A stretch of DNA of 64,000 bases, taken from contig CM052821.1 of the NCBI GenBank assembly GCA_028534125.1, positions 41,540,001 through 41,604,000 of the forward strand. The letters run 5' to 3'. This DNA is from Lama glama (taxonomy: Eukaryota). Both the position numbers and the translations under genes were made by a program. Position 1 is the first letter of the stretch. Each line of letters begins with the position of its first letter. Under the pieces are notes generated by a model. It did not search any database. It saw only the letters and a list, made by a program, of their open reading frames with translations, and had not been told where the DNA came from. Below are positions 51,440-64,000 of this stretch, one piece after another.

Positions 51440-52830
51440 AAAAATGTATATAAAAGAATAGGATAATCTCTTCGATAAATGGTGTTGAGGAAACGGGAGA
51501 GTCAAAAGCAAAAGAACTCAACTGGACCACTGTCTTACAACATATACAAAAACTAACTCAAAATGGATTAGACCTGAGTGTAAGAACTACAACCAGAAAA
51601 CACAGGTGTTAATAAGCTCCATGACATCAGTCTTGGTGATGAAATTTTCAAAATCTGACACCAAAAGCAAAGGCAACAGCAGCAAAAATAAGCNNNNNNN
51701 NNNNNNNNNNNNNNNNNNNNNNNNNNNNNNNNNNNNNNNNNNNNNNNNNNNNNNNNNNNNNNNNNNNNNNNNNNNNNNNNNNNNNNNNNNNNNNNNNNNN
51801 NNNNNNNNNNNNNNNNNNNNNNNNNNNNNNNNNNNNNNNNNNNNNNNNNNNNNNNNNNNNNNAAGAATCCAATTAAAAAACAGGCAGACAATGAACAGAC
51901 ATTTTTCCAAGGAAGACATACAGAATGCCAACAGACACATGAGAAGATGCTCAACATCACTAATGTTTACGGAAATGCAAATCAAAACCACAATGGAATG
52001 GCTATCATCAAAAGGACAAGAAATAACAAGCGTTGGCGAGGATGCGGAGANNNNNNNNNNNNNNNNNNNNNNNNNNNNNNNNNNNNNNNNNNNNNNNNNN
52101 NNNNNNNNNNNNNNNNNNNNNNNNNNNNNNNNNNNNNNNNNNNNNNNNNNNNNNNNNNNNNNNNNNNNNNNNNNNNNNNNNNNNNNNNNNNNNNAAAAAC
52201 ACTACAGTATTTGCACCCTCATGTTCATTACAGCGTTAGTTAACAACACGCAAGATATGGAAACTACCTAACTGTCCAGTGATAGATGAATATATTTTAA
52301 AAATGTGATACACACACATAGGAATAAAGTTCAGTCACTTTAAAGAAGAAGGAAATCTAGCCATTTGCAACATGGATGGACCTTGAGGGCATTATAAGTC
52401 AACTAAGTCAGACAAAAAAAGACAAACACCATATAAACTCACTTATGTGGAATTTAAACAAACAAACCCAAGCTCATAGGCACAGGGTAAATCGGTGGAG
52501 GTGAGAGGCTGGGGCAGGGGAGGAGGTGAAACGGGTGACGGGGGTCAAAAGGTACAAACTTCCAGGTCTAAAATTAGTAAGTCTTGGGGACATAATGTAC
52601 AGCATGGTGACTACAGTTAACCCTGTATTGCTTATTTGAAAATTGCTAAGAGAGTAGATCTTAAAAATTTCTCATTACAAGAAAAAAATTTTTTCTAGCT
52701 ATGTATGGTGATGGATGTTACTGGACTTACTGTGGTCATTCTGCAGTGTATACAACTGTTGAATCATTATGTTAATACACCTGGAACTAATATAATGTTA
52801 TACATCAATTATATTTCAATTTAAAGAAAA
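51440..52830 (+). mobile_element. L1 ORF2 end + 3'UTR fragment (antisense to ZDHHC17) containing two N gaps (51694-51862, 52051-52194)
   Basis: ORF2-like peptide [10 protein letters not shown]…MQIKTTM; L1 3'UTR and A-tail. Confidence 0.88.
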
Positions 52831-53365
52831 GAAAATGAGACATGTGGAAAATTTTGTGTCATCCAGAGGGCAAATAAAATAAGCAATCTGAACCAAAAAG
52901 TAGCGGCTCCAGAGCCTGAGAAATTTCCTTAAATAATGAATTTCAATCGACTGCATTTTTTAAAATCTTAATTCAATTTTCTGGATACATTCATTTTTGA
53001 ATGAAAATTTATGAATTGATGGGAAGGTTAAAGAACAAATACTAGACGTTGGTAGGTCAATAAAGTTTGAATTGTACAATTAAGAAAAAAGAGTGTCACA
53101 AATGTATACACAGTTAATGTGGTGAATACTAAGTTATGGGGAACCACCCAGTGCTGTGGCTGGCAGAAACCCTGGCATTCGGTTTGTTTGCTATAAGCTA
53201 TTTTACACATTGCTAAGTAAAAGAAGTATTCCCTGTTTCATATCTTATTGCCGTACCTAAAGACAACACTTCCCTTTGATGTATTCACTAGATATTTGCT
53301 GAGTTTGGTTGGTAAGGAACTTTATATGTCAAGAGAAAATACTAAATTCATAAATATGTACATAC

Positions 53366-53460
53366 TTGAATGGGCTTTCGATAGATGTTGTTGTGACTTT
53401 AAAGTGCTTGTATCTTCTGGCATTCATTCTCTCATTTGTAGTAATACCTAAACATGATAT
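53366..53460 (-). CDS. ZDHHC17: ZDHHC17 exon: ISCLGITTNERMNARRYKHFKVTTTSIESPF (TTxE motif)
   Basis: ctctcAG...GTATGT; 95 nt; in phase with neighbours. Confidence 0.96.
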
Positions 53461-54136
53461 CTGAGAGGTAAGAGAAAGCAAGCCATTAACTCTGAATATT
53501 TAATGTGAAGTAAGTTAATACTCAAGAGGACCACCAGGATAGAGAGAAAATGGTGACGATGATGATAATGAAGTCTGCTTCGGTTCTCCATCAGATCATC
53601 AAACTAGTTTACACAGTATCATTTGACTCTGTGAAAAGTAGCCAGTTAACAGGGAAAATACTTAAAAACAGGTTAATTATTGTGCAGGTGGAGAGACATT
53701 ACGTATACATGACCTCTCCATCATCACCTTTAAAAAAGAACTTTAAAAAAACCTAATTAAAAAAAAGACTGTTGAATAAATACTGATATTTGTAGGTAAT
53801 AAACTACTACTATTAAAACAAACACAAAATTAATGCTACCATCAATCTAAAGCTCACACATATATCCAATAGATTAATGTAAATCAGGAAAAAATATTTT
53901 GCCAAGAGTAATACTAAAAATTCAAAGTTTATAAAATAAGAAGGAGGAGGAGAGATGGAGAGAAAGAGGGAAGAAGGAAGGAAAAGTAAACTGAAAATTT
54001 TAATTCTCAAAAAATTTGAATTATGAAAAGCAGGAGTGATCACACATAAAGAGAAAACACCGTTATCTTTTAAGCGAGGAGTGAATTTTGAAGAGTTCTC
54101 AGCACACTGAAGAACGAGTGATGCCCCTGCACATAC

Positions 54137-54294
54137 CTGGTACATCTGACACATGAGCAACACAGCCACCCACATGAAATGAAAAACACTGTTCAGAAAC
54201 ATCCAGAACATCCAAGGTGAACACGTGGCAATTTGAGTAATGTATGTCCAAAATCCATCCTTGGTGTAACTGGTCTCGCAGTGGAGTCCCCAGT
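54137..54294 (-). CDS. ZDHHC17: ZDHHC17 exon: (Y)WGLHCETSYTKDGFWTYITQIATCSPWMFWMFLNSVFHFMWVAVLLMCQMYQ
   Basis: ttttAG...CAG|GTATGT; 158 nt; transmembrane segment. Confidence 0.96.
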
Positions 54295-55470
54295 CTAAAA
54301 TCAGAGCAGAAGTACTCACATTTACTCAGTAATCATCCAAGCACCTCGTGTAGACATCTGTGGTAGGCACCACTTAAAAAACATGACCTAAGAATTTAAA
54401 CTGATGACTTTCAGTGCAAATCTTTTTATATTCTTAAATAATGACATTATATATTCCTGAAAAATAATATCAAAAACAGAAATGGAAAAAGCAGCAATCT
54501 TAAAAAAAAAGTACTTTAACAATATACAGTTTTTATTTGATTCATACTGCATATATACAATACTTAAAAAAAATTCCTTTATACAAAGATAGGATGAGAG
54601 ATGTAAGTGAGAATTCCTTGGAGGGGAGGCATATAACACAACAAGATCACCCTGGTGAGGGGGGCTTTTTCCAAAACAAAATCTATTCTTTGAGAGCTGC
54701 TGCTATGAAGAACCACTGTTATTAGCAGGATCATACTCTCTTCCAAGTTTACTGGGCCAGAAATTAGGTCACGATCTCTGACCGAATCTTTCTGTTAATC
54801 TCTATTTGAGGAAGAAGCCTCCCTTTTCAATAAGAGAGATTATTTATAATATCTGTGGGAGTAGGAGGACTAGAAAATCATCGAAGACTTACACTAAGTA
54901 CCACCAAGCCCTGAAGGACAGTAACTAGTATCTTCATTTAAATTCTTTCCAAATTATGTTCTCAATGCAATAAAAACCTATCATTTTCTCTAAGATACAT
55001 CACCCACATGATCAAGTGAATGACAACTTATTCTTAACCTTTTAAATATTCTCTAATAGGAAATAATTATATCTTACTCTTAAAAATATTTCAAGTTCTA
55101 TGCAAACTTAACTTCAACTATATTTTCCCAGCTGTCTGGTGAGAAAGAGCAACTAACACAATCATAAAATCTATAAACTTCCAGAGTAAAGCAAACATGT
55201 GATGTGAAAAACGTTGGTGTATTTTACCCAGAAGCTTTTCAAAGCCTATTAAAAGATAAGTAACTGATAATTCTGTTGCTTATACTATAGGTTAACCATG
55301 TTTGATAGTTCTGTATCTATTTTTTCTTTATGCTTCATTGTAGTGAAGTATCCCAAACCATAATATTTAGCTAAAAGATGCTTAAAATTATCTTATTTTT
55401 TTGTTAATATCGTAAAGGATGAGTATGATAACACTTGTTTTAAGAAGAGAAAAAAACTAATTGTACTCAC

Positions 55471-55554
55471 AAGAAATACAACCATAAATCATCCAGCAGA
55501 TCATAAAAAGCAAGAAGAACAAGTACCCCATAAAGTATCTGTGGTTGCCTGCAC
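55471..55554 (-). CDS. ZDHHC17: ZDHHC17 exon: (G)AGNHRYFMGYLFFLLFMICWMIYGCIS
   Basis: ttttAG...GTGAGT; 84 nt. Confidence 0.96.
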
Positions 55555-56428
55555 CTAAAAAAACAACACAGAAGCAATTTTTTTCAGCTAAGAAAAAATA
55601 ATTGGAAATGCACCTAGGGGCAGGATATGGGTAGGAAAATGCCAAGAGCGAGATACACCTTGGACAATAATCATGTACGTTATTTATTTTAGAAAATGTT
55701 CTTCAAGGAAATAAATGTTTTAATAAAAACCTTAAAACAAAAGAATGCTTATAATTACACACAAAGATGTGGTGACTGTAATGATACTCATTCTGAAGTT
55801 TCAAAAGAGTCTTAATGAACCAAACAAACCACAATTTTAATTCTGCTGTTTGCTTCTGAGGTTTAAAATAACCCTATTTTAACTTTACTTTTATAAACTT
55901 TATAATCCAACTTTTTAAAGGCTTTTTCCCCAATATAGTCACACAATCTTTGTAACGTTTCCCTCCTGTCATCTTATAAAATCCCCAAGGCCATCTCTCA
56001 GACCGCTGAGTTTATCTCCTTGGACTACACCACCCTTGAACACCGAGGTATGCAGTTATCTGTCCTCCTCTGCCTCTGTACATCCATTCAAATTTAATTG
56101 CCTTACTTTCTCCAGTTTAACTAAAGGACAAAACTACCTGCCTCCTTATCAATTTCACTGTTATTCAATGGAGAAAGCAGTTAAGAGCAGACACAGGGAG
56201 AACTGATGGAGAAATTGTATCTATCTTCTCTGGACTGTGTTTTATTACTTTTTTCCCTCTCTCTCACATCTGAGTAGATGTTTTGCCAACCAGAAAATAA
56301 TTGGGGGACAGAAGGGTGTTGTAAGGTGCAAGAATGGACTTTCTACATCTAATTTAATATTGTATTTCATTAGTTACCTAGAGTAACTTACATGAACAAT
56401 GTATTTTGAAATAACTAATAAAACTTAC

Positions 56429-56522
56429 CTACACAGTTCCCCACCCATGGGCAATGATGGTCGAATTTCGCTATACAACGGTTGCACACACCACAATGCT
56501 TGGACCTCACTGGTTTCCGTAT
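56429..56522 (-). CDS. ZDHHC17: ZDHHC17 catalytic exon: [31 protein letters not shown]
   Basis: Contains DHHC-PWV; aacAG...GTAAGT; 94 nt. Confidence 0.97.
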
Positions 56523-58844
56523 CTGTTAATAGGCATGTTAAAAAATTATGAAAGGCACTATATCTAAGAAAGGAAAGCTGAACATTTATTTCTAAAAATA
56601 CAATTATGAAAAAAATAAAACTGTATTTTTTGGAAAAGGATTATACCAAGGTTTCCAAAGGAACAAAACCAAACAAAAATCACTCTTGTTTATCTTTCAG
56701 TGTCTCTTGAGATCTCAGACTAAGGTACAGCACTCTCCCTGCTAAAAGGCAGGACCTTATCTAAGAAACTGTAACATGCCTGGGAAGTTTAGACAGTCCT
56801 ATTCATACTATTTGTTGCCAAAAATATAAAATGCATTCGCCTCTTGATAGGCAATAAAGAATTCATGTTTATGATGCCTTACTATTTTAAATGTTGTGAA
56901 ATGTTTTTCTCTACATTATTCTAAATCAGCCAACTGAATACAAGAAGTCATCAGTGATCTTCAAAGAGCTGCTAGTCCCAATGCTGGATACACGACAAGA
57001 GCTAGTTATTAACCCTTACCAGAAACAAAATTTATAACATCCTTCATTGGTGTTTCAATAAAAGCACTCACATTTCCCCAACATCTTGCATAAGGTTATA
57101 TACTATTTTGAGGTACTAAAAAAAGGCATGGATGGACTATGTGCTTCTTACACGTACTAAAGTAATCTGTGCACCAAAGAAAAGGATGTTATTCTTCACC
57201 ACAGATATGATACTAAATCTATTAGGAGAAAGAAATAGACTACAGCAAACAAATTCTACCCCTACCTCCCACTCTTACCTATATTTCCCCTTTGGACAAC
57301 ACTTGTCAATGAATTCTAAGCAAAAACGGACACAAGGCTCCTGAACAAAAGAGTCTCCTTAGTTCACTTAAAGAGTGATTCATTTTTAGGAAATCCTGAT
57401 ATACATGTGCTTCTTAGGGACTTGTGTGTTTTTCAAAGTGAAGGATACCCGTATAATGACAAATACCTCTGTCAATATGAATCATTTTATAATAAATAAG
57501 ATACATTTTTTGCCTTATAAAACCAAATTATCTATCCAGAAGTACACAGCTTACAATAATATAAAATTTTTGCTATGATGACAAAGATAGTCTTGTTCTT
57601 ACCATAAGATATTTATTTACTAATGAATCTGTATTGAGCAACTCTACAATTCGTTTGCCATATGGCAAATACACTTGACTTTGCAGAACAGAGTATTTTC
57701 ACAGAATAGTTAAGTATAAAATGTCCCAAATGTTAATACTAATTCTGTAAATTCCCCATTGTAAAGCACAGAAACAAAAACCTTTTTAAAGCACGCTTAA
57801 AATACAAAAGAATCTAGTCAGTACTCTAAAGTTGCTATCAAGAGTAAATAAAGCAGTACGTATTTTGAACATTCAAAATCGTAACTGTTCAGTCAAAAAA
57901 ATGTTAAGTGAAACAACTTAATAGAATCTGTGGAATTAGAGCTCAGTTTCAAAAACTCATTCCAGAATCCTAAACTAAGTCAATTATTTAATTTATTTTA
58001 TTATCATTCAAATGTTAAGACATCAGTTCAGTTGCAGTGTATAACTTAAAGGTATAAAAGAGCATTTAGTTTCAAGCATGATTTGGGGATATTTCCACTT
58101 CCATGCAGGAAAACATGGTTTAAGCATTGTGGCAGTCCATACATTTTTCACAGGAACTAATTATAAAAATTAAGCAGAAAATCATTAAAACACAAAGCAA
58201 TATTCTATAGAAAGTAGATGTCTATAATAATAAACAATGTCAGTATTACTATACCTGATTTCATAAGTAAATGCCATTTAATTTCATATATAGCTTTATC
58301 TATGACCTGGTTGAAGATGACAGCTTTTACCATCAGTGGTAAAACAGTGCTCAAAGCTGCATAAACACTCTACTGCAGACAGATAACTGCTCTAGTTGAA
58401 CCAGTTTAGAGGCCATGTTGTCTTAATAGTTATCTAATGGATTTCCCACTGTGACCTTTAAATGTAAGAATAAATTTTCTTAAAATGTAATTAGGATAAC
58501 AGTATATTAGGGAATCATAGTAAACTTTTGATGTTAAATACTTTATTAGTTTCTTACTTGAATTATATTTTAAGTGAGAAAAAGAGAGTAAGAACGAATA
58601 CAAATGAACAGCACCACTGAATCACAAGTGCAGTTAAGGGCCACCATCAGGGGAATGAGCACTGGGAAGGACACGTCTTTTCACCATCTTGCTCTTGTAT
58701 CATGGTCTAAAAGGCATTTGGGGGGCGGGGTGGGAGGCTCCTGAAATGTGCTCAGTGAAAGAAACTTCTGGTTTCCCAAACTCTCTATACAATACCACTG
58801 CTAGGGGAAGAAGAGAGAGGGAAGAATAAAGAAAAAAATACTAC

Positions 58845-58907
58845 CAAACAGGTACTGCAGAATATACTGAGGTCCAGACTTCCTGTCTCTGCAAGTTCAA
58901 CTATTGT
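58845..58907 (-). CDS. ZDHHC17: ZDHHC17 exon: TIVELAETGSLDLSIFCSTCL
   Basis: tcacAG...GTAGTA; 63 nt, phase 0-0. Confidence 0.95.
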
Positions 58908-59550
58908 CTGTGAATTAAAAAAATAAATTTTACTCAAAACTGAACAATATTCACCAACCACTGTGACACCAATATAAGTATCAATAAACATGATGTTCAT
59001 TTTAATTAACCGTTTTCAGCTGAAAATAATAAATATCTCTCCACTTACTTCTGCTATTTCATTACAGTATGAAGACAGGAGTTTTATTCCTTGGATATAC
59101 GAAAAAGCAACCTAACTTAGTTATGGGAATGCTCCTCTGAGAATAAATCTAAGTCAACTTCCCTAAGAACTAGTCTATACAGCTTTGACGGTTACGAGAC
59201 GAATATAAACCTAAGTGCAATAAAGCACTGGACCTTCAAAGCTGGATTATCACTAAGAAAACCAGGCAAGCCAATTAGCAGTTGTGTCTAAAGAATTCTG
59301 GAACATAAGGGCAGCACTCCTTATGTAGCCTAGAGAGAGAAACATGAAATTTAGAAATGTCATGGAAGTGTAAGAGTAGGCATCACAAAGCACCAAAGGT
59401 GAGCACCAAATACACACAATCTCAGTTTGGTTTGAAATGTCCTTGTATTCCAAAACACAGTTTCCTTCTTTGTACTCCTCTAATATCTGCTATAAATACT
59501 GATAATCTGGCAATAAAACACATGTGACTAGTTAGATTGTATCTTGCTAC

Positions 59551-59675
59551 CTTTTTCTTCTGTTCTTCTGTAGCTTTAATAATCCCTGGATCTGATTTCC
59601 AAGATTTTCCAAAATTGTAGAAAAGTGCAACACTATTGGCAAGGAATGGAAGATGGATAAATAAAAAATTGAGAT
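59551..59675 (-). CDS. ZDHHC17: ZDHHC17 exon: (D)LNFLFIHLPFLANSVALFYNFGKSWKSDPGIIKATEEQKKK; upstream exons not seen in the window
   Basis: DPG motif; 125 nt; donor AAG|GTAGCA; preceded by an AC acceptor with a U12 branch site. Confidence 0.93.
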
Positions 59676-59693
59676 GTGCCTAAAGTTAAGGAA
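59676..59693 (-). other. ZDHHC17: U12-type intron 3' end: branch site TTCCTTAAC and AC acceptor
   Basis: Minus strand reads TTCCTTAAC-TTTAGGC-AC|ATCTC; the frame requires the AC boundary. Confidence 0.88.
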
Positions 59694-60819
59694 TCTAAAG
59701 AGGCAATGAAAACTAGTTTTTATTATAGGTAAATTTATAATCTGTGAAATTTCATCACACACACACAAATCTACAAAAAAAAAAAAAACCCAAGATGGTT
59801 TATTTATTACATCAAAATAGATGACATCTATAAGTTAGTCTATCTATTACATCAAAATAAATACATTTTCCCACTGTGCTCGTAAGTAAATGTAAAAGAT
59901 GTGATTTCTTTATAAACTTTAAATCGTATAGGGTAGGCTTATCTGACACTTTTTATAAGTCAGTGAATATATTATTTTTAAATGATAATTATTTCTTTTG
60001 ACAAAAATGAAGAGATTTCTCATGTTCAACGTTATTAATATATTAATTTATTTATATGCATTAAAATCTTTATATTTTCTATCAAACACTTAGATATTAT
60101 ACCCATATACTTAAAAGACTGCTTTTACATTCTCTTCATTGCCTTTTTTAAACACATTCAAGTTGACCTTAATTTTAGAAAAGGTATTTATAAACTTTCT
60201 TAAAACAGAAATAGTTTCTATGTTCACATTCTTCTTCCTAATGAAGATATAAAAAATGTTACTAGGCACTTATAAGTGAAGAATCAAAGACTATTTTCAA
60301 TAATACTAGGAAAAATAAAGCAATGTTGCTAGAGCAACACATTTCTCAAACACAAAATATACAGAAAACTCAAATACCATTTTCAAGATTTTACGTAGGT
60401 ACAAAAGCTGTCCACAAAATTTCCTGTGATAATGGCGCCCTCCCTGTAAAATTCTGTAAAATTTTTGGGCATTATCATGTATACATACTCTTTACATTTC
60501 TTATGAAGCACAAATAAGAAAGAATAGCTTCTTGAATGAAACAATCCTATATTTGGTAAATACCAAAACCTAAATAACTGTTTAAAATACAGGAGGGGGA
60601 AAAAAGGGAGAAGAAAAAGGGTAGGTATTATCACCTGCCATACACAAAAGTGTTTCTTCTTTCTCCAGTCCCCTATTTACTCCCAACTTTCACCATCATA
60701 AAGAATGGGGGAATAAGTCCCCCAAATCCATGAGTACAGTCAGCAGAGAATAAACAGAAAAAGTCCAATTTTTGGCTCTTCTAATAGCTAAAAATCTCTT
60801 AAGAATAAAGATGGGTAAA

Positions 60820-60997
60820 GGACCTATTGATAGCACAATGGACTATACTCAATAACCTGTAATAACCTGTAATAGAAAAAAATCTGAAAAAGAATATATA
60901 TATATATACATATATGTACACAAAAAACTGAATCACTCTGCTGTACACCTGAAACCAACACAACATTGTAAATCAACTATACTTTGATTTTTAAACA
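60820..60997 (+). mobile_element. 5'-truncated L1 3' end with degenerate 19-bp TSD
   Basis: Same family as 1210-1447; flanks AAGAATAAAGATGGGTAAA (60801-19) and AAGAAGAAAGCTGGGTAAA (60998-61016). Confidence 0.85.
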
Positions 60998-62362
60998 AAG
61001 AAGAAAGCTGGGTAAATGTATGTCCAAAGAATGCTGAACCGTGCCATTTATTTTTCAGGGGCAGTATCGTTACTTACTATAACAGTTTCAAAAAGTGCTA
61101 ACATTTAAGTAGATGTGTCAGGTTCTGACAGTCTGTATTATAAATTTGCAGGGAGTGAATCAGCAGCTAAATGACTACAGATTTGGAAGGGATAGGAATT
61201 AAATATCAGATGAACATAAGAATTTCTTTGCTTGTTTTTTAAAGATAAAGAGATTAGTTTTTTTCAAATGGCAGTTTAAACTTATCTTTATCAATAGGTC
61301 AGATAAGTTAAATTTCAAACATTTAACAGAAACGTATTTTTGGTATGGTTGTTTTTTGTAATGGTTTAAAACAACCTTTTTTCTTGATGAAAATTAGAAG
61401 ACACTAAAAAGTATAAAGACAAAAAGAGTAACTCCACAACCTACAGATAATTCCTTTTATTTTTGGTATTCTGTATTTTTAATCATAATTGAGATCATAG
61501 TGTGCTTATAAACATTAACCAAATAACTTTATTTACCACCGACTATGTGCACTGAAGCCGCACAAAAACTCTATGATAAAGCCTGCTGATGTCCCCATAA
61601 CAAAACTGAGGCAGAGGGTAATCAGGCAGTCCAAGGTCACAGGATGGATTAGAGGTCAAGCTGGTATTAGAACCTAGACACTTACTACCTGTGCTCTTCT
61701 GCCTCTTCCAAGTGCTCAGCAGAATATCCTGGGTCATTACATATTATGGGAAGAGTATCTTTTGAGTATTAACATTTTAAAATCGTGATATTTTTATACT
61801 GTCAGATTATTTCCAGAAAGATATAAGCCAATTTATAATCCCACTAGCAGCACATACTTATTGATCACTATACTTGTATTAGCATTGAGTAACGGAAAAA
61901 AGTTGCCAGTTTTAAAGGCAAGAGCAGCATTATTTTATTGTCTTAATTTGTATTTATGCATTTATGCTTAAACATCCTCAAAATGGAAATAAATATTTTT
62001 CATCAATGTTTTCATTTAAATGTTCATGGAGTTTTTTCCCATTTAACTCTTCAATCTACTTGGATGTTATTTTGATACCTCCTGTAAACTGTAGCTCTAA
62101 CTTACCATAACACCCCCCAAAATGAACCAAAACCAGTAAATCAAACAAACCAATTGCACCACAAAATACCAGGGACAACTTCAGAAAGAGGACAAGCCAC
62201 ACTGTACCATAAAGTTCAAACTGGAGGTCAAAGAAAGAAGATTCTGGTGAGACAGGCTCCCTGGGGTGGTTCTTAATCCCACCTCCACCCTTATGAGTGG
62301 TGAAAAGGAAATATAGATGAGAAGACAAAGTCAGAATTCTCATTCATCCCTCTCCGGCCTTC

Positions 62363-62720
62363 TGCCATGGACTGAATCATGCACCACCCCCTCTCAAATT
62401 CGTATGTTGAAGTCTTAACTTCTAATGTGATTATATCTGGGGATAGGTCTTTAGGAGATAAGTGAGGTTAAATGAGGTCAAAAGAGTGGGGCCCTAACCC
62501 AACACTGTGGACTGTGGAGGAGGAAAGGAAAGAGGAGGAAAGGAAAGAGGTCTCTCTCACTTTCTCCCTGCCACAGGAGGACACAGGGAGAAGGTGGCTG
62601 TCTGTAAGCTAGGAAGAGAGCCCCACCTGAACATAACCATGCTGGCATCCTGATCCAGAACCGTGAGGAAATTAATTTCTGTTGTTTAAGCCACCCACTT
62701 GAGAGTAATCTGTAACAGCA
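62363..62720 (+). mobile_element. MLT1A-type LTR
   Basis: tgccatggactgaat…aaattcgtatgttgaagtc…ttctgttgtttaagccaccc. Confidence 0.8.
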
Positions 62721-62724
62721 AAGA

Positions 62725-63250
62725 TTTATATATCAGAAAGAAGTCACATTTCTCTAAATTATTCTGAGCTTAAACAGAATTTCAATCAAAACTGCAAGAG
62801 GCATCCCATGGAGCTTAAGGAACTGATTCTAAAACATGTAATTATTCTAAAAACTTACAGTATAAAGGGCCAAAAAGAGCTAAGATATTCCTGAGACACA
62901 ACAAAGTTGGGAAGCTTGGCCCACCAGACATCACGAGTCAATAACAAAGCTACAGTAATAAGATAATACAGAACTGGCACAGGCAAGTAGATCAACCAAC
63001 TGAATAAAGGAAATGATAAACGCCAAGGCTGATATTGCAACTGAAAGGAAAGAGGTGTGTTGGAGCAATGAGTTCTCTAATGAGCAGAAAGATACATCAT
63101 TCATTATACACAGTAGCAAATACACATGAAGTAAGAACTTTTATAAGAGAATATCTTTAACGACTTCAGAGAAACCTGCACATGTGCATAAAAAAAGATA
63201 TACAAGAATATTTGTAGAAATATTGCTGAAATTCACAGAAGGTGATGATT
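62725..63250 (+). mobile_element. Old L1 ORF2 fragments
   Basis: ctgattctaaaa…aaagctacagtaataag motifs. Confidence 0.55.
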
Positions 63251-64000
63251 GGATTCCTAAAGACAGGTATTAAAAAGCTTAGAAAACATGAGAAGGAAAC
63301 CAGGAGAGATACATATAAAACTGAAGAAGTCATAATAGTAAACTATAGGAAAAAATGCTTAAAAGGAAAATGCATAGGAGAGAATGGTGAAAATGGTAAT
63401 TTTGCACTGTTTTCCTTTTTACGTATGTAATCACCTCCAGTTCCAGAAGTTCTTCACATCCATCTTAAGAAGCTTGATTTAACTTATATAAACTTAAAGT
63501 CTGATTGAAAAATAATTTTTTTAGACAAAAAATTCGTAATAATCTATTTCAAAAGTGATGTCAACACAGTAACAGTTGACTGTTATGACAGTGGATTTTA
63601 CATTTGTTTGATTATTATGAAAGAAGTATGGTCAACGAACAAAATTTTCAAACAAATAAAAGCACAAGAAAAAAAGTGAAATCATTCATGAATCTCACAG
63701 CCAGAGATAACCAGAGCTAAAATTGCACGTACTCATTTTCAGTTCTTATCTTTCACACATTTTAAAATTAGAATCTCTCTGTAAATACAACTTAGTATTT
63801 TTTCATGTATTATATCCTAAGCCCACATTGTTAAGTCTTAGAAAAGTGTTTTAATGTCCATATTACCCTGCGTCAGGTGTTGCATAACTGATAAAACTAT
63901 CCTCCTATTCAGGATGGTCATTTAGGTTGTTTTTCCATTTTTTTTCTTTACAGTACTATGGTAAACATCCTTGTAAATAAATCTTTGATCTTATTTATTA

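Noticed and set aside
51568-52271. Long ORFs near the gaps (also 48664-49152)
   Set aside because: Inflated by N runs; real residues are decayed L1 ORF2 or UTR.
57654-57669. 16-bp palindrome TTTGCCATATGGCAAA
   Set aside because: Isolated in AT-rich intron; one such palindrome is plausible by chance in 64 kb.

Overview
Mammalian genomic DNA, most likely camelid (two tRNA-Ala-derived Vic-1-like SINEs). About 1-26 kb is gene-free and filled with old repeats (MIR, L2, L1, MLT1/ERV LTRs, MER5/MER20/Tigger). A CpG-island promoter at about 26.3-27.9 kb drives a complete CSRP2 gene on the + strand: non-coding exon 1, five coding exons that splice to an intact 193-aa two-LIM protein, and a poly(A) signal at 43810. 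The 3' part of ZDHHC17 (HIP14 palmitoyltransferase) lies convergently on the - strand: its last seven coding exons including the DHHC motif, and a ~2.7 kb 3'UTR ending near 47865. There are three N-gaps. I find no evidence of a new multi-gene system. The most notable signals are a U12-type (AT-AC) acceptor in ZDHHC17, a near-identical 82-bp locally copied insertion, two perfect tandem duplications, SRF/CRE/AP-1 motifs in CSRP2 and nested transposons with visible TSDs. Repeat subfamily names, exon numbers and comparisons to human come from memory, and repeat boundaries are approximate.
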